Shown here one piece after another: positions 1 through 9,313 of a DNA stretch of 64,000 nt. Source of the DNA: an uncultured delta proteobacterium (GTDB lineage: Bacteria > Desulfobacterota > Zymogenia > Zymogenales > Zymogenaceae). Under the pieces are notes generated by a model that made no database searches, was not told the origin of the DNA, and was given only the letters and a program-made list of their open reading frames with translations. Position numbers and translations under genes: made by a program. The DNA lies in the NCBI GenBank assembly GCA_963735595.1, contig CAVTLK010000001.1, positions 416,001 through 480,000 of the forward strand, written 5' to 3'. Each line of letters starts with the position of its first letter. The first letter of the stretch is position 1.

Positions 1-64
1 TGCCCATTCAGTATCCCGTATCGCCGCCACGAAGCCGCCCGCCCCTCGATTACTCTCCGTTTTA

Positions 65-117
65 GATTGACTTGTCAATCAAATATAAATACTAAAAAAA
101 TTGCCGCGTTCTGTCAA
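65..117 (-). promoter_or_regulatory. sigma70-like promoter with a palindromic operator near the start site, for a gene leaving the window to the left
   Basis: Minus strand TTGACA (117-112)-N17-TAGTAT (94-89). Perfect inverted repeat GATTGAC-tt-GTCAATC at 65-80. Confidence 0.55.
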
Positions 118-125
118 GTAAAAAG

Positions 126-1908
126 TCATTCTTCGTCGTGAACATTGCGCCGTTTCCCTCGTTGTCTTTTGCTGACACTCCGGGCGATAACCCGCTCGAC
201 GACCGCGCGGCCGACTGCCAGAAAACGAAATCCCGGGCCTTTTTTTTGCCACTTGATTTCGTCCTTGTCGCAGACGACGCCAAGGTCCTTCGTATCTATC
301 CCGACGATCCGCCCTTTCCCTCTCCGCCAATTGACCGTCCGCTTCTGTCCGACGGCACCACTCCCGAATCGCCCCACCGATCGCCGGCACGTCGTTTCGC
401 GCCTTTACCCGCCCATACGTCGACCGGTCTATATTGCCCGCCGCAAACTTGAGTTCGTTGAGGCTGGGCGCCTGCCTCGTACGGTAGCCGAGACAAGTTC
501 ATCTACGGGAAGCGACGCGCTCTCATAGTTGAGCATGTCTTTCCATGACGACGACGACAGCGCCACAAGGTGTTCATCAAAGCTCTTGCATCGGATCGAG
601 TAACCGTGTTTATCAGGATTCTCGAAGGCGATACTGCCCGGATCGAGAAACGGCGCCATCGGCGATATGAACGGCATGAGACGTGCCCCGAACTCCTTCA
701 TCAGGCGGCCGCCGTAATCGACGGTCTGGATGACCGATCGATAATCCTGTCGGGGAATACCGGCCATGAAGAAGACGTCGAACTTTCGGGCGCCGTACTT
801 GCAGCGCCCAGCCGATGTTTTTCTCGACCGCGTCCGCCGTGTAGGGTTTGCCCGACGCACGGCGAAGCGTGTTATCGTGGGTCTCCGGAGATATCTCGTA
901 ATTGACGTTTGGGAACACCTGCGACACGGCTTTGAAAAACCCCTCGGGTGCGGTATCGAAGAGCTCTAATACGATAGGGTTTTTAATTCGGGCGTCCGCC
1001 AGTGTCTTCAGGAAACGGTCTGCATAGTCGTCTCCGGCCTGTCTGATGTCCCCGACAACGAAGATCGGCGCCCGGGTAAACCGGGTCAGCTTCGCAATAT
1101 CCGACGCGATAACCTCCGGGTCACGATACGCAATCCGGCCGCGCTTGAGGTATCGGTTTGCCGCCCATTTCGAGCCGCCGCAGATGACGCAGTTGTTGGT
1201 GCAGCCGCGGCAGGTAACAATCATGGTTATCGGATAACGCCACCAGTCGTGGATTGGCGTCATACCTATCGGATCGCGGTATTTTACGGCCTTCCGAAAA
1301 AGGTTTACGTAGTTATTCGAAAAGCTGTTCAAATGGTCGTCCACGACGAATGATTCGTTGAAAACGACCCGGTCGCCCCGTTTATAGACGAGGTTGGGGA
1401 CATCCTCGAGTTGCCCGCTGCCGCCGATAGCCCTCATCAGGTAAACGAGGGCCCGCTCGGTAGAGTCCCCCCGAACGACGTAATCGACGAAAGGGTACCT
1501 GATGATTTCGTCGGCAAAGTAGGTCGAGGAATACCCGCCGAGGATCACCGGGACGTCCGGGTGGACCTCTTTGAGAAGCCGGGCAAGTTCCATGGCACCA
1601 TGGGCATGGGGGAGCCAGTGAAGCGATATCCCGAACGCCGACGCCTTGATCGTCTTGAGGTAGCGCCTCACGTCCATCCGCGGGTGCGTTACCATGAGGT
1701 AAGCGAGATTGACGATACGCGCCCCTATCCCGTTGCGCGACAGTACCTCGGCGATAGAGGAAAATCCGATCGGGTACATCTCGAAGGCCGGCGTGGACGG
1801 TACAACGTCGCTGATCGGACCGAAGAGTATTTCCCGCTGCCTGAAATCAAACACGCTGGGGGGGTGAATGAGGCAAGGGTCGGTCCTGGGTGACGGGAGC
1901 CTGAACAT
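126..1908 (-). CDS. B12-binding domain/radical SAM protein (TIGR04190-like), several frameshifts in the 3' part
   Basis: N-terminal HPPSVFDFR...FEMYPIGF and SLHWLPHAHG cobalamin-binding region. CxxxCxxC in RGCTNNCVICGGS. Continues in ORF 429..860 (PFISPMAPFLDPGSIAFENP) and 126..377 (VVCDKDEIKW). Confidence 0.8.
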
Positions 1909-2115
1909 GCTGATCAAATCCTTCCTTGAATTTTATATTATCACACGCGCCCCGCCAAAAGGCAACCGAAAAAAGGTCCGTCAATTCCGTCGGCCTATGT
2001 CAGCGCGGGCCTGCCGACGACACTCCGGCGCAGTATCGTATCAATGCCTATCGCGTATGGAGGATCAGGTATGTACCGATTCACCGGCCACTTTTCGAAA
2101 TATCTGAAAAAAGGC

Positions 2116-2154
2116 TTGCGCATCGGTCAAACAAAACTATATAATGATTTGTTT
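2116..2154 (+). promoter_or_regulatory. putative sigma70 promoter of the cbiQO operon with an overlapping inverted repeat
   Basis: TTGCGC(2116)-N18-TATAAT(2140). AAACAAA(2129-2135)...TTTGTTT(2148-2154) flanks the -10. Confidence 0.4.
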
Positions 2155-2167
2155 TTTGGGATGGGAT

Positions 2168-2944
2168 ATGAAGCACCACTTTCTTGACGAAGAGAGCACC
2201 ATCGAGAGCCCCATCCGGTCTCTCAATCCGAAGACGAAGCTTATCACCATTATCGCCGTCGTATTGCTCCTCGTCTCAACACCCGCGGACGCCTTTACCG
2301 TCTTTGCCCTCTTCCTTTCCCTGGCCCTTGCCCTGATCGTGATTTCGAGGGTACCCGTCACGGTATTCCTGAGGCGCGCCCTGATCGCCCTTCCCTTTGT
2401 CGCGGTTGCCTTAGCGGCGGTTCCCTTTGTATCGAAGGTTCCGGGGGCGACCTCCTACTCCCTCGGTATCGGGGGAGCCTCCGTCACCATGACCGGGTTT
2501 TTCCTTGTTTTCAATGTGCTGTGCAAATCGATCCTATCAATCCTCTTCCTGACCCTGCTGATTTCCTCCACCCCCTTTCGCGACCTCGTTTCGGGCCTCC
2601 GGGAACTAAGGGTACCGTCGTTCATAACCGATACCCTCTCGTTCATGTACCAGTACCTCTTTATCATCATGGACGAGATTCAGCGCGTCGCCTTTGCGCG
2701 GGACGCCCGTCTATACGGAAACCGATGGATCTGGCAGGCGCCTGTTGTCGGGCATATGATCGGCAGCATCTTCGTGCGCAGCTTCGAGAGGGGCGAGCGG
2801 ATATTCCTGGCAATGAAGGCGCGGGGATACGACAGCAGCATCGGCGGGAAGCCCGCGGCCCCCTTTGCCGCGCCGGATTATATCTTTACGATAGTCGTCA
2901 TCTCGGGGGCACTGGCCGCGAGACTATTCGGTGTCAGACTATGA
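2168..2944 (+). CDS. cbiQ: Co/Ni ECF transporter T component CbiQ
   Basis: SPIRSLNPKTKL, multiple TM helices, ARDAR and RSFERGERIFLAMKARGY coupling motifs. Confidence 0.85.
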   Translation: MKHHFLDEESTIESPIRSLNPKTKLITIIAVVLLLVSTPADAFTVFALFLSLALALIVISRVPVTVFLRRALIALPFVAVALAAVPFVSKVPGATSYSLGIGGASVTMTGFFLVFNVLCKSILSILFLTLLISSTPFRDLVSGLRELRVPSFITDTLSFMYQYLFIIMDEIQRVAFARDARLYGNRWIWQAPVVGHMIGSIFVRSFERGERIFLAMKARGYDSSIGGKPAAPFAAPDYIFTIVVISGALAARLFGVRL

Positions 2945-3660
2945 CCGACCATTCCGGCTCAATCCAAATCGGCGACCTTTCCTATACCTATCCCGACGGA
3001 ACCCGGGGGCTTACCGACCTCAGCCTTTCCATTGACTCCGGCCAATCCGTCGCTATACTCGGACCCAACGGTGCTGGAAAATCGACCCTTCTCCTGACCC
3101 TCCCCGGCCTCATCTTTGGGACCGGCCGGATCGTTGTTTCGGGGATCCCCGTTTCCCCCAGAACGGTCCGTGAAGTCAGAAAACGGGTCGGTATCGTCTT
3201 CCAGAACCCGGACGATCAGCTCTTCTGTCCCACGGTATATGACGACGTCGCGTTCGGGCCGGAAAACATGGGCCTTTCCGAAAACGAGGTCAGGCGCCGA
3301 ACCGAGGATGCCCTTTCTTCGATGGGACTTGCCGGATATGGACGCCGCTCATCCCATCACCTGTCCTACGGCGAGAAGAAGCGAGCCTCGATCGCCACGA
3401 TACTGGCGATGGACCCGGCCATAATAGCCTTTGACGAACCGTCGGCAAATCTCGATCCCGAGGGGGTTCACGATCTATCCGCCGTGATCAGCGCGATCAC
3501 CAAGACCAAGATCATCGTCACACACGACGTCACGCTCGCCGGTAAACTGGCCGACCGCGCCGTCGTCATGCGGGATGGCCGCATAATCGAAGATATGCCG
3601 ATGAAGAAACTTACCGGCGATAAGAAACGGCAGAGGGATCTCAAGCTCGCGTTCGACTGA
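2941..3660 (+). CDS. cbiO: ECF transporter ATP-binding protein CbiO/EcfA
   Basis: Walker A GPNGAGKST, Q-loop VFQNPDDQLF, LSYGEKKR, DEPSANLD. ATGA overlap with cbiQ. Confidence 0.85.
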   Translation: MTDHSGSIQIGDLSYTYPDGTRGLTDLSLSIDSGQSVAILGPNGAGKSTLLLTLPGLIFGTGRIVVSGIPVSPRTVREVRKRVGIVFQNPDDQLFCPTVYDDVAFGPENMGLSENEVRRRTEDALSSMGLAGYGRRSSHHLSYGEKKRASIATILAMDPAIIAFDEPSANLDPEGVHDLSAVISAITKTKIIVTHDVTLAGKLADRAVVMRDGRIIEDMPMKKLTGDKKRQRDLKLAFD

Positions 3661-3703
3661 TTAGTTACGGCGACACCGCCTAAAACCCATATCGGAGGCA
3701 CTC

Positions 3704-4469
3704 ATGCCGACCACCAAGATCGTCTATAACGACGCGTACCTTACGGACTACCCGACCGCGTCCGTCGAAAAACCCCAGCGGGTCGAGGCGATCCATCGGG
3801 AGCTCTCGTCGTCCGGGTATCCGTTCGTCGAGGCCCGCCCCGCCGACGAATTGCGACGTGCTCCTTGTCCACTACCCGAGCCTCGTGCAGGCCGAGAAGC
3901 GCGACCATGATCGTTACGAGGTCGCCCTTCTGGCGGCCGGCGGCTCGATCCTCGCGGCCCAGATCGCCATGGATTCCGTTCCCGCCTTCGGCCTTGTTCG
4001 CCCGCCGGGCCACCATGCCAGCCCCGGCACTAATTGGGGATTCTGTTTCTTCAACAACATGGCCGTCTCGATTCAACGTCTGATCCTCAAACGGCAGATC
4101 AAGCGCGCCGTTATCCTTGATATCGACCTGCACTTCGGAGACGGTACCGAGAATTACTTCATGGGACGCAAGGATGTTTCGGTCATTAACGTACAGTCGT
4201 CGGACCGGGTGGAGTTTCTCGCACAATGCCGGGAGGGGCTGGCCCGCAGCGCCCCGTATGACATCATCGGGGTCAGCGCCGGTTTCGACCGCTACATCAA
4301 GGATTGGGGCAGCACGCTTACGACCGAGGATTTTAAGGCGATCGGGGAGACCGTCAAGGAGTTTTCCGAAAAGCACTGCTCGGGCCGGCGGTTCGCACTG
4401 CTCGAGGGCGGCTACTACCTGCCCGATCTCGGCGCCAACGCCCGAAACTTCATCGAGGGGATGGAATAG
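3704..4469 (+). CDS. histone deacetylase family protein (frameshift near 3855)
   Basis: RPPGHHA, GFCFFNN, DIDLHFGDGT, SAGFD and LEGGY motifs. SD GGAGG before ATG 3704. Confidence 0.85.
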
Positions 4470-4474
4470 GGATA

Positions 4475-5671
4475 ATGGCCCACGTGAAAAAGAAATCGCC
4501 CTATTCCTATATCGACCTGATTGCTGATATCGTCCGGGAGCGCAGCGCCGAGCGGGGAGTTCGCGTCCACGACCTCAGGCTCCAGGCCTTGAGAACCCGC
4601 CCCACGATGAAGCGGGGTACCTGGGGAACCCGGCCCGATGGGAGCCCCATGACGCGTGAAGAATATGAACAGCGGCTCACCGAATATAAGAAGGGACTCC
4701 CCGACCTCCTCTTCCCGCCCATCGACACCGAGTTCACCCTGAAGGACGCCGATGGAAAGATCGTGACGATGGGCAATCTCATTGCCCGAAAACACCAGGG
4801 GATGCTGACCTTTCCCAGCGCGATTACCTCCCCCATTGCCGCGAATAACACCGCCTGCGCCTTTGTTTATCCCGCCACGGCCGGGAAGGCCGTCGTGATC
4901 CTTCCCAACCTCAGGGCGGAGGAAGGCGCCTTCTCGCGCCTTGCCGGTTTACTTACCCGTTTCGGCTACACCTGCATCGAGGCAGTCCACCCGTACCACG
5001 GGAGGCGGCACGATCCCAATGATACGGCAATGGTCCCCGGAGAACGTCTCTTTTCCTCCAATGTTCACGAGACCCTCTGGTCTTTCTCGCAGGGTATATC
5101 GGACATCCTAGCCCTCTACCTCTTCCTGATGAAAGAGGGCTTTTCGCGCATCGGCGTCATCGGTACGAGCATCGGCTCGACATTGACGATCATGAGCCTG
5201 GCCAACGCCGAAGACTACCGCGCCTATCTCGGTAGCCGGGACCCCGGCCTGGTCGGGGACGTCCCCGACGGGATCTGCCGGGCGGTCGTCCTCAACCTTT
5301 CCGGCGGACTCCTGTCCGATTTTATCGTCGACGGAGACAACATCGAGGCCTCATATGTCCGCAAGGGGCTCATCGAAGACCTCGGGCTTACCGGTCCCGA
5401 CATCGAACATATCTGGCCGGAGGCCGACCCTCTGCGGTTTGTCCAAAAGATCACGATGCCGGTGCTCTCGGTAAAGAGCAAACAGGACCCGGTGCTGCTG
5501 TACCGGTATTCGAAGACACAGCGCGAGTTCTTCGCCGGGAACGCCGTCTCCGGGAGAAACTTCAGCGAGTTCTATATCCCGGTGCCCGCCGGTCACTACA
5601 GCGCCACCTACTTTCTGCCCAAGATGTTCCTGGGGATCGCCGACCTGCTGTTTATCCTCAGAAACGTGTAG
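4475..5671 (+). CDS. alpha/beta hydrolase family protein
   Basis: Nucleophile elbow GTSIG, candidate Asp (QDPVL) and His (GHYS). Confidence 0.7.
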   Translation: MAHVKKKSPYSYIDLIADIVRERSAERGVRVHDLRLQALRTRPTMKRGTWGTRPDGSPMTREEYEQRLTEYKKGLPDLLFPPIDTEFTLKDADGKIVTMGNLIARKHQGMLTFPSAITSPIAANNTACAFVYPATAGKAVVILPNLRAEEGAFSRLAGLLTRFGYTCIEAVHPYHGRRHDPNDTAMVPGERLFSSNVHETLWSFSQGISDILALYLFLMKEGFSRIGVIGTSIGSTLTIMSLANAEDYRAYLGSRDPGLVGDVPDGICRAVVLNLSGGLLSDFIVDGDNIEASYVRKGLIEDLGLTGPDIEHIWPEADPLRFVQKITMPVLSVKSKQDPVLLYRYSKTQREFFAGNAVSGRNFSEFYIPVPAGHYSATYFLPKMFLGIADLLFILRNV

Positions 5672-5889
5672 GTTGTATCGTCTCCCCGGTATCATCTCCC
5701 CGTTCCTTCTTCCGTACCGATTCTACCTGACCTCCGCAGTCAGCCGCATCACTGGCGCGCACGTAAGCCCTCGTTTTTACTCACAAATACCATACTATTG
5801 ATATATTTACTTGAACCTGGTCAAAATTAGTGCTATATATCGCCAGCGATCGTTTTTGAATATACTTTTCTGAAGGATTTGAGCGACGT

Positions 5890-6630
5890 ATGGGGAAAAC
5901 GGCCAAAATAGACGACCAGGAGATAAGACCAAAGGCCCGGGATACCATTCATTACGATATCATTGAGTGGTTTCGCGACAAAAAACGAGGTTCGGTGCTG
6001 GACGCGCCGGCAGGCTTCGGACACCTCAGCCTGAGATTAACTGAAATGGGATTCACGGTCGTGTGCGGCGAGATCGAGCCGGAGATATTCCGGGTCAAGG
6101 ACCTAACCTGCACCTTTACCGATCTCAACCGGCACATCGACGCCCCGGACGATTCCTTCGACTACGTATGCTGCGTCGACGGGCTTGAGCACATGACCGA
6201 TCCGTACCAGGCGGTGAAGGAGTTTTCGCGGGTTCTCAGGCGGGGCGGGTACGGCATCTTTTCAGTTCCGAACTATACGAACATCGAAAAGCGGATGAAA
6301 TACCTCTTGAACGGATACCTTACGAAACCCGTCGGCATGGAGCGCTACCGCAAGCAGGGGTCCCTGTTCAACTTCCACAATTCCCCCCTCACGATCACGA
6401 TCCTCGAATTCATGTTTTCCATAAACGGCCTTGAGATCGTCGAAATCAGAAAAAACGCGCCAAAGAAAAAGCAGTATCTTTTACTGCCGCTGGTCGCGGT
6501 TATCAAATTCGCAAATCTCTTCGGCTCGAGGCGTCACCGGGAAAAACACCGGACCGACCTCACGCTCCATCCCAACGTTATACTCGGCGGTAATAATATC
6601 ATCTGCATCACGCGAAAGACCGCCTCATAA
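5890..6630 (+). CDS. class I SAM-dependent methyltransferase
   Basis: VLDAPAGFG motif I, SFDYVCCVDGLEH, RVLRRGG. Confidence 0.85.
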   Translation: MGKTAKIDDQEIRPKARDTIHYDIIEWFRDKKRGSVLDAPAGFGHLSLRLTEMGFTVVCGEIEPEIFRVKDLTCTFTDLNRHIDAPDDSFDYVCCVDGLEHMTDPYQAVKEFSRVLRRGGYGIFSVPNYTNIEKRMKYLLNGYLTKPVGMERYRKQGSLFNFHNSPLTITILEFMFSINGLEIVEIRKNAPKKKQYLLLPLVAVIKFANLFGSRRHREKHRTDLTLHPNVILGGNNIICITRKTAS

Positions 6631-6649
6631 TAGTAGCGTCCCGCCTTCT

Positions 6650-6679
6650 CAAGAACGCACGCTTCCGCGTGTGTTCTTG
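6650..6679. terminator. stem-loop between convergent genes
   Basis: CAAGAACGCACGC-ttcc-GCGTGTGTTCTTG, 13-bp stem with one G-U pair. Confidence 0.45.
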
Positions 6680-6964
6680 TCTCACGAGTGGTGCTCTTTA
6701 CCTGACATATCCGCCGCCTATCAGCGTAATCTTTACTATCTCCGGGTGCGCGAAGACGCGGACTGGCGCATCCCACCGCGCCGGCCCGTCCGAGACGTAT
6801 ACCCGCGGATGGCGAGACACGCCCAAACCGTCATTAATAGAGGGACGTAACCGAAGGCTGACTCATTGCCTCGATAAATCAAATCTTCACTGATTATCGC
6901 GGTTTTCTTGGAAGAACTGACCGGTCGTTCCTTTTTACGAATGCATCGGTAAACTGGAGCGGTA

Positions 6965-7908
6965 TCACGCAATACGGTAGCAGACGTACGCCACATACAT
7001 GAGTACGAGATCCCCCCTTCCACGCGATGGAGGCGGCGGCTGCTAAGTGCGAGTAAGAACGCTAATACCGCCACCGCGATCATCGCCACCAGATCAGATA
7101 TCCGTATGGTTTCAGTTTCCAGCGGAGATATCAGGGAGACGATGCCCAGGATAGCAAGGATATTGAAAATGTTCGAACCGATAATATTCCCAATCGAAAT
7201 ATCGTTTTCTTTCCTGATCGAGGCTACTACGGAGGTCGTAAGCTCCGGAAGGCTCGTACCCACAGCCACGATGGTAAGCCCGATAACCGCCTGGCTCATC
7301 CCCATCATCTGTGCGATGGTAACCGCCCCCGTAACAAAGAGGTAACCACCTGCTATCAACAGCGCGCCTCCGAAAAATACGAATACAACATCGCGCCAAA
7401 CCCTCGGGTTTTCTCTCGGTATATACGGCTGGTCTATCCCAAGCGCTTTTTTCTTTTCCTGGGCTTTTGCTCGGGCAATACTGAAGACGGTATAGCAGAC
7501 TATCCCCGAAACCAGCAATAAACCTTCCCAACGCTCAACTGATCCATCCATGAGCATCATGAGTAGCAAGACGGATACTAAGATCATTATCGGGATCTGG
7601 ATTATCACGAGATCCCTCGTCTTTCTTAATGGGTAGATAAGAGAAGCAATCCCGAGGATCAAGGCAATGTTCATGATGTTAGACCCGATCACATTGCCGA
7701 CGGCGATATCGGCGTTCCCGTCCAACGCCGCCCTAATACCCACCGCGAGTTCGGGGCTGCTGGTTCCAAGTGCGACGACCGTCAGGCCCACAACAAGCCG
7801 CGTAATACCCATCTTCAGGGCGAGCGATGAGCTTCCGCGTACCAATCCCTCGGCACCGCCGTACAGGAGAAGCAGTCCAATAGTAAGAAAAGCGATTGAA
7901 ACTAGCAT
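6965..7908 (-). CDS. calcium/sodium antiporter (YrbG/CaCA family), frameshift near the C-terminus
   Basis: Two alpha repeats, GTSSPEL...GNVIGSNIMN and GTSLPEL...GNIIGSNIFN. Corrected C-terminus MYVAYVCYRIA* ends at 6965. Confidence 0.85.
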
Positions 7909-8006
7909 AGCCCTCAGTCCACACGATAAAGGACAGTTGGTATGAAACACAGATACGTCCTGGCCATTCTTCCGTATGATTGTGATCCACGATCCTCAGG
8001 AAGACA

Positions 8007-9173
8007 TCACTTCTTGCCTTCTCCCCCATACAGCGTAATCTTCACGATCTCGGGGTGTGTGAAAACGCGTGCCGGCGGGCCCCAGGTGCCCAGGCCGCTC
8101 GACACGTAGCCCTGCATCAAACCGACACGATAATAGCCGTAGTCCACGAGGTAGACCATACGAGTGATCAGGTTGAGGGGGAACATCTGGCCGTGGTGGG
8201 AATGTCCCGACAGCATCAGGTCTATCCCGTAGCCCGAGTATTCCTTCATTCTGATGGGCGGGTGAAACATTAGGATCGTTGGGAGGTCCGGGTCACCCTG
8301 TTTCATAAGCCCCGGCACCGACGCCTCTTCTTTCTTGCCGAACCTGATGTCGGCGGGGTCGTCCAGCCCTATGAGGTTGAACAGGCCCGGCAGCGTCACC
8401 GCCTCGTCCCGGAGCACGCGTATTCCCGCCGACTTCATGAAGCTCTCCGCCTTCTCGTGGCCGGCGTAGAACTCGTGGTTGCCCAGCACCGCGTAGATCC
8501 CCCGCGGCGCCGTGAGCCGCGCCAGGATCTCGGGCATATGGTCCAGCCCCTCCACGCTCTCGTCCAGCAGGTCTCCCCCGATGAGGATCACGTCCGGCTT
8601 TTGTTCATTGATCGTGTTTACGAAGGCCGTAAGGCGCCGCTCGTGGATTATCAATCCCAGGTGCACGTCAGAGATATAGACGATCGTCGTGGGATTGTGC
8701 GCCTTTGAGAGAGTCGGTAGCGTTATCTCGAGCGGCTTTACCCGCAGAAAGAGGGTATTTACCCACCCGAGAAGGAGGATGAGCGCCACCAGCCCGATCG
8801 ATCCGAAAAAGACGGCCCGTCCAAAGAGAACCCGGTCCGCCGTGAGCCGTGTCGGGACGAAGGGGATAAACGACTGGATCAAACGCACGATGTCGGAGGC
8901 AAACGCGATCAGGAAGAAATAGAGCATCGCACCCATCCAGACCGACCCGACGATCGTCAGGACGTTGCACACCTGGCAGTAGGACGTATTCCTGAAAAAG
9001 ACGCTCACCGGGAACGCCAGGACGATCACGGCAAACAGGATCTTCAGGGAGATGACCCACCTCCCCTCCCCGGACAGCGCCGCAAACCCGCGAAAATAGA
9101 CGTAGGTATTGATCAGCGCATAGATCGAGATGGCGACGATCAGGAAGATAACGAAAGCCTTCGTGCTCTGCAT
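8007..9173 (-). CDS. membrane-bound metallophosphoesterase (YkuE/YaeI-like)
   Basis: N-terminal TM helices, then SDVHLG, GGDLLD, LGNHE, SGHSHHGQ, GLGTWGPP. Confidence 0.88.
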   Translation of the reverse strand: MQSTKAFVIFLIVAISIYALINTYVYFRGFAALSGEGRWVISLKILFAVIVLAFPVSVFFRNTSYCQVCNVLTIVGSVWMGAMLYFFLIAFASDIVRLIQSFIPFVPTRLTADRVLFGRAVFFGSIGLVALILLLGWVNTLFLRVKPLEITLPTLSKAHNPTTIVYISDVHLGLIIHERRLTAFVNTINEQKPDVILIGGDLLDESVEGLDHMPEILARLTAPRGIYAVLGNHEFYAGHEKAESFMKSAGIRVLRDEAVTLPGLFNLIGLDDPADIRFGKKEEASVPGLMKQGDPDLPTILMFHPPIRMKEYSGYGIDLMLSGHSHHGQMFPLNLITRMVYLVDYGYYRVGLMQGYVSSGLGTWGPPARVFTHPEIVKITLYGGEGKK

Positions 9174-9252
9174 CGGCGGTTCCTGTTCATATACACAAAA
9201 AATATATTATACTATACTCTTGTCGGCACCGTAATCAAAAACGACCGGCGCG

Positions 9253-9280
9253 GGAACAAAACGCCCCCGTTCCTGTCAAT
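9253..9280 (+). promoter_or_regulatory. ECF (sigmaE-like) promoter
   Basis: GGAAC(9253-57)-N17-GTCAAT(9275-80), 33 nt upstream of the VIT-VWA ATG. Confidence 0.5.
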
Positions 9281-9313
9281 ACCCGTTAGAAACCGATTTA
9301 CAGGAGCAGCTAC

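Noticed and set aside
1957..2019. Resemblance to a c-di-GMP-I (GEMM) riboswitch (GGCAACC-GAAA-GG...CCTATGTCAGC...TGCCGA)
   Set aside because: It lacks the GACGCAAA core and a proper second stem, and lies upstream of the predicted cbiQ promoter. AGGCAA is better explained as the -35 of the divergent radical SAM gene.
1918..2167. Cobalamin riboswitch expected before cbiQO
   Set aside because: No B12-box or GGGAA...GCCACTG elements are visible on either strand.
6965..7908. Lower-GC antiporter gene as a mobile island
   Set aside because: The composition shift is mild, and there is no integrase, transposase, terminal repeat or tRNA nearby.
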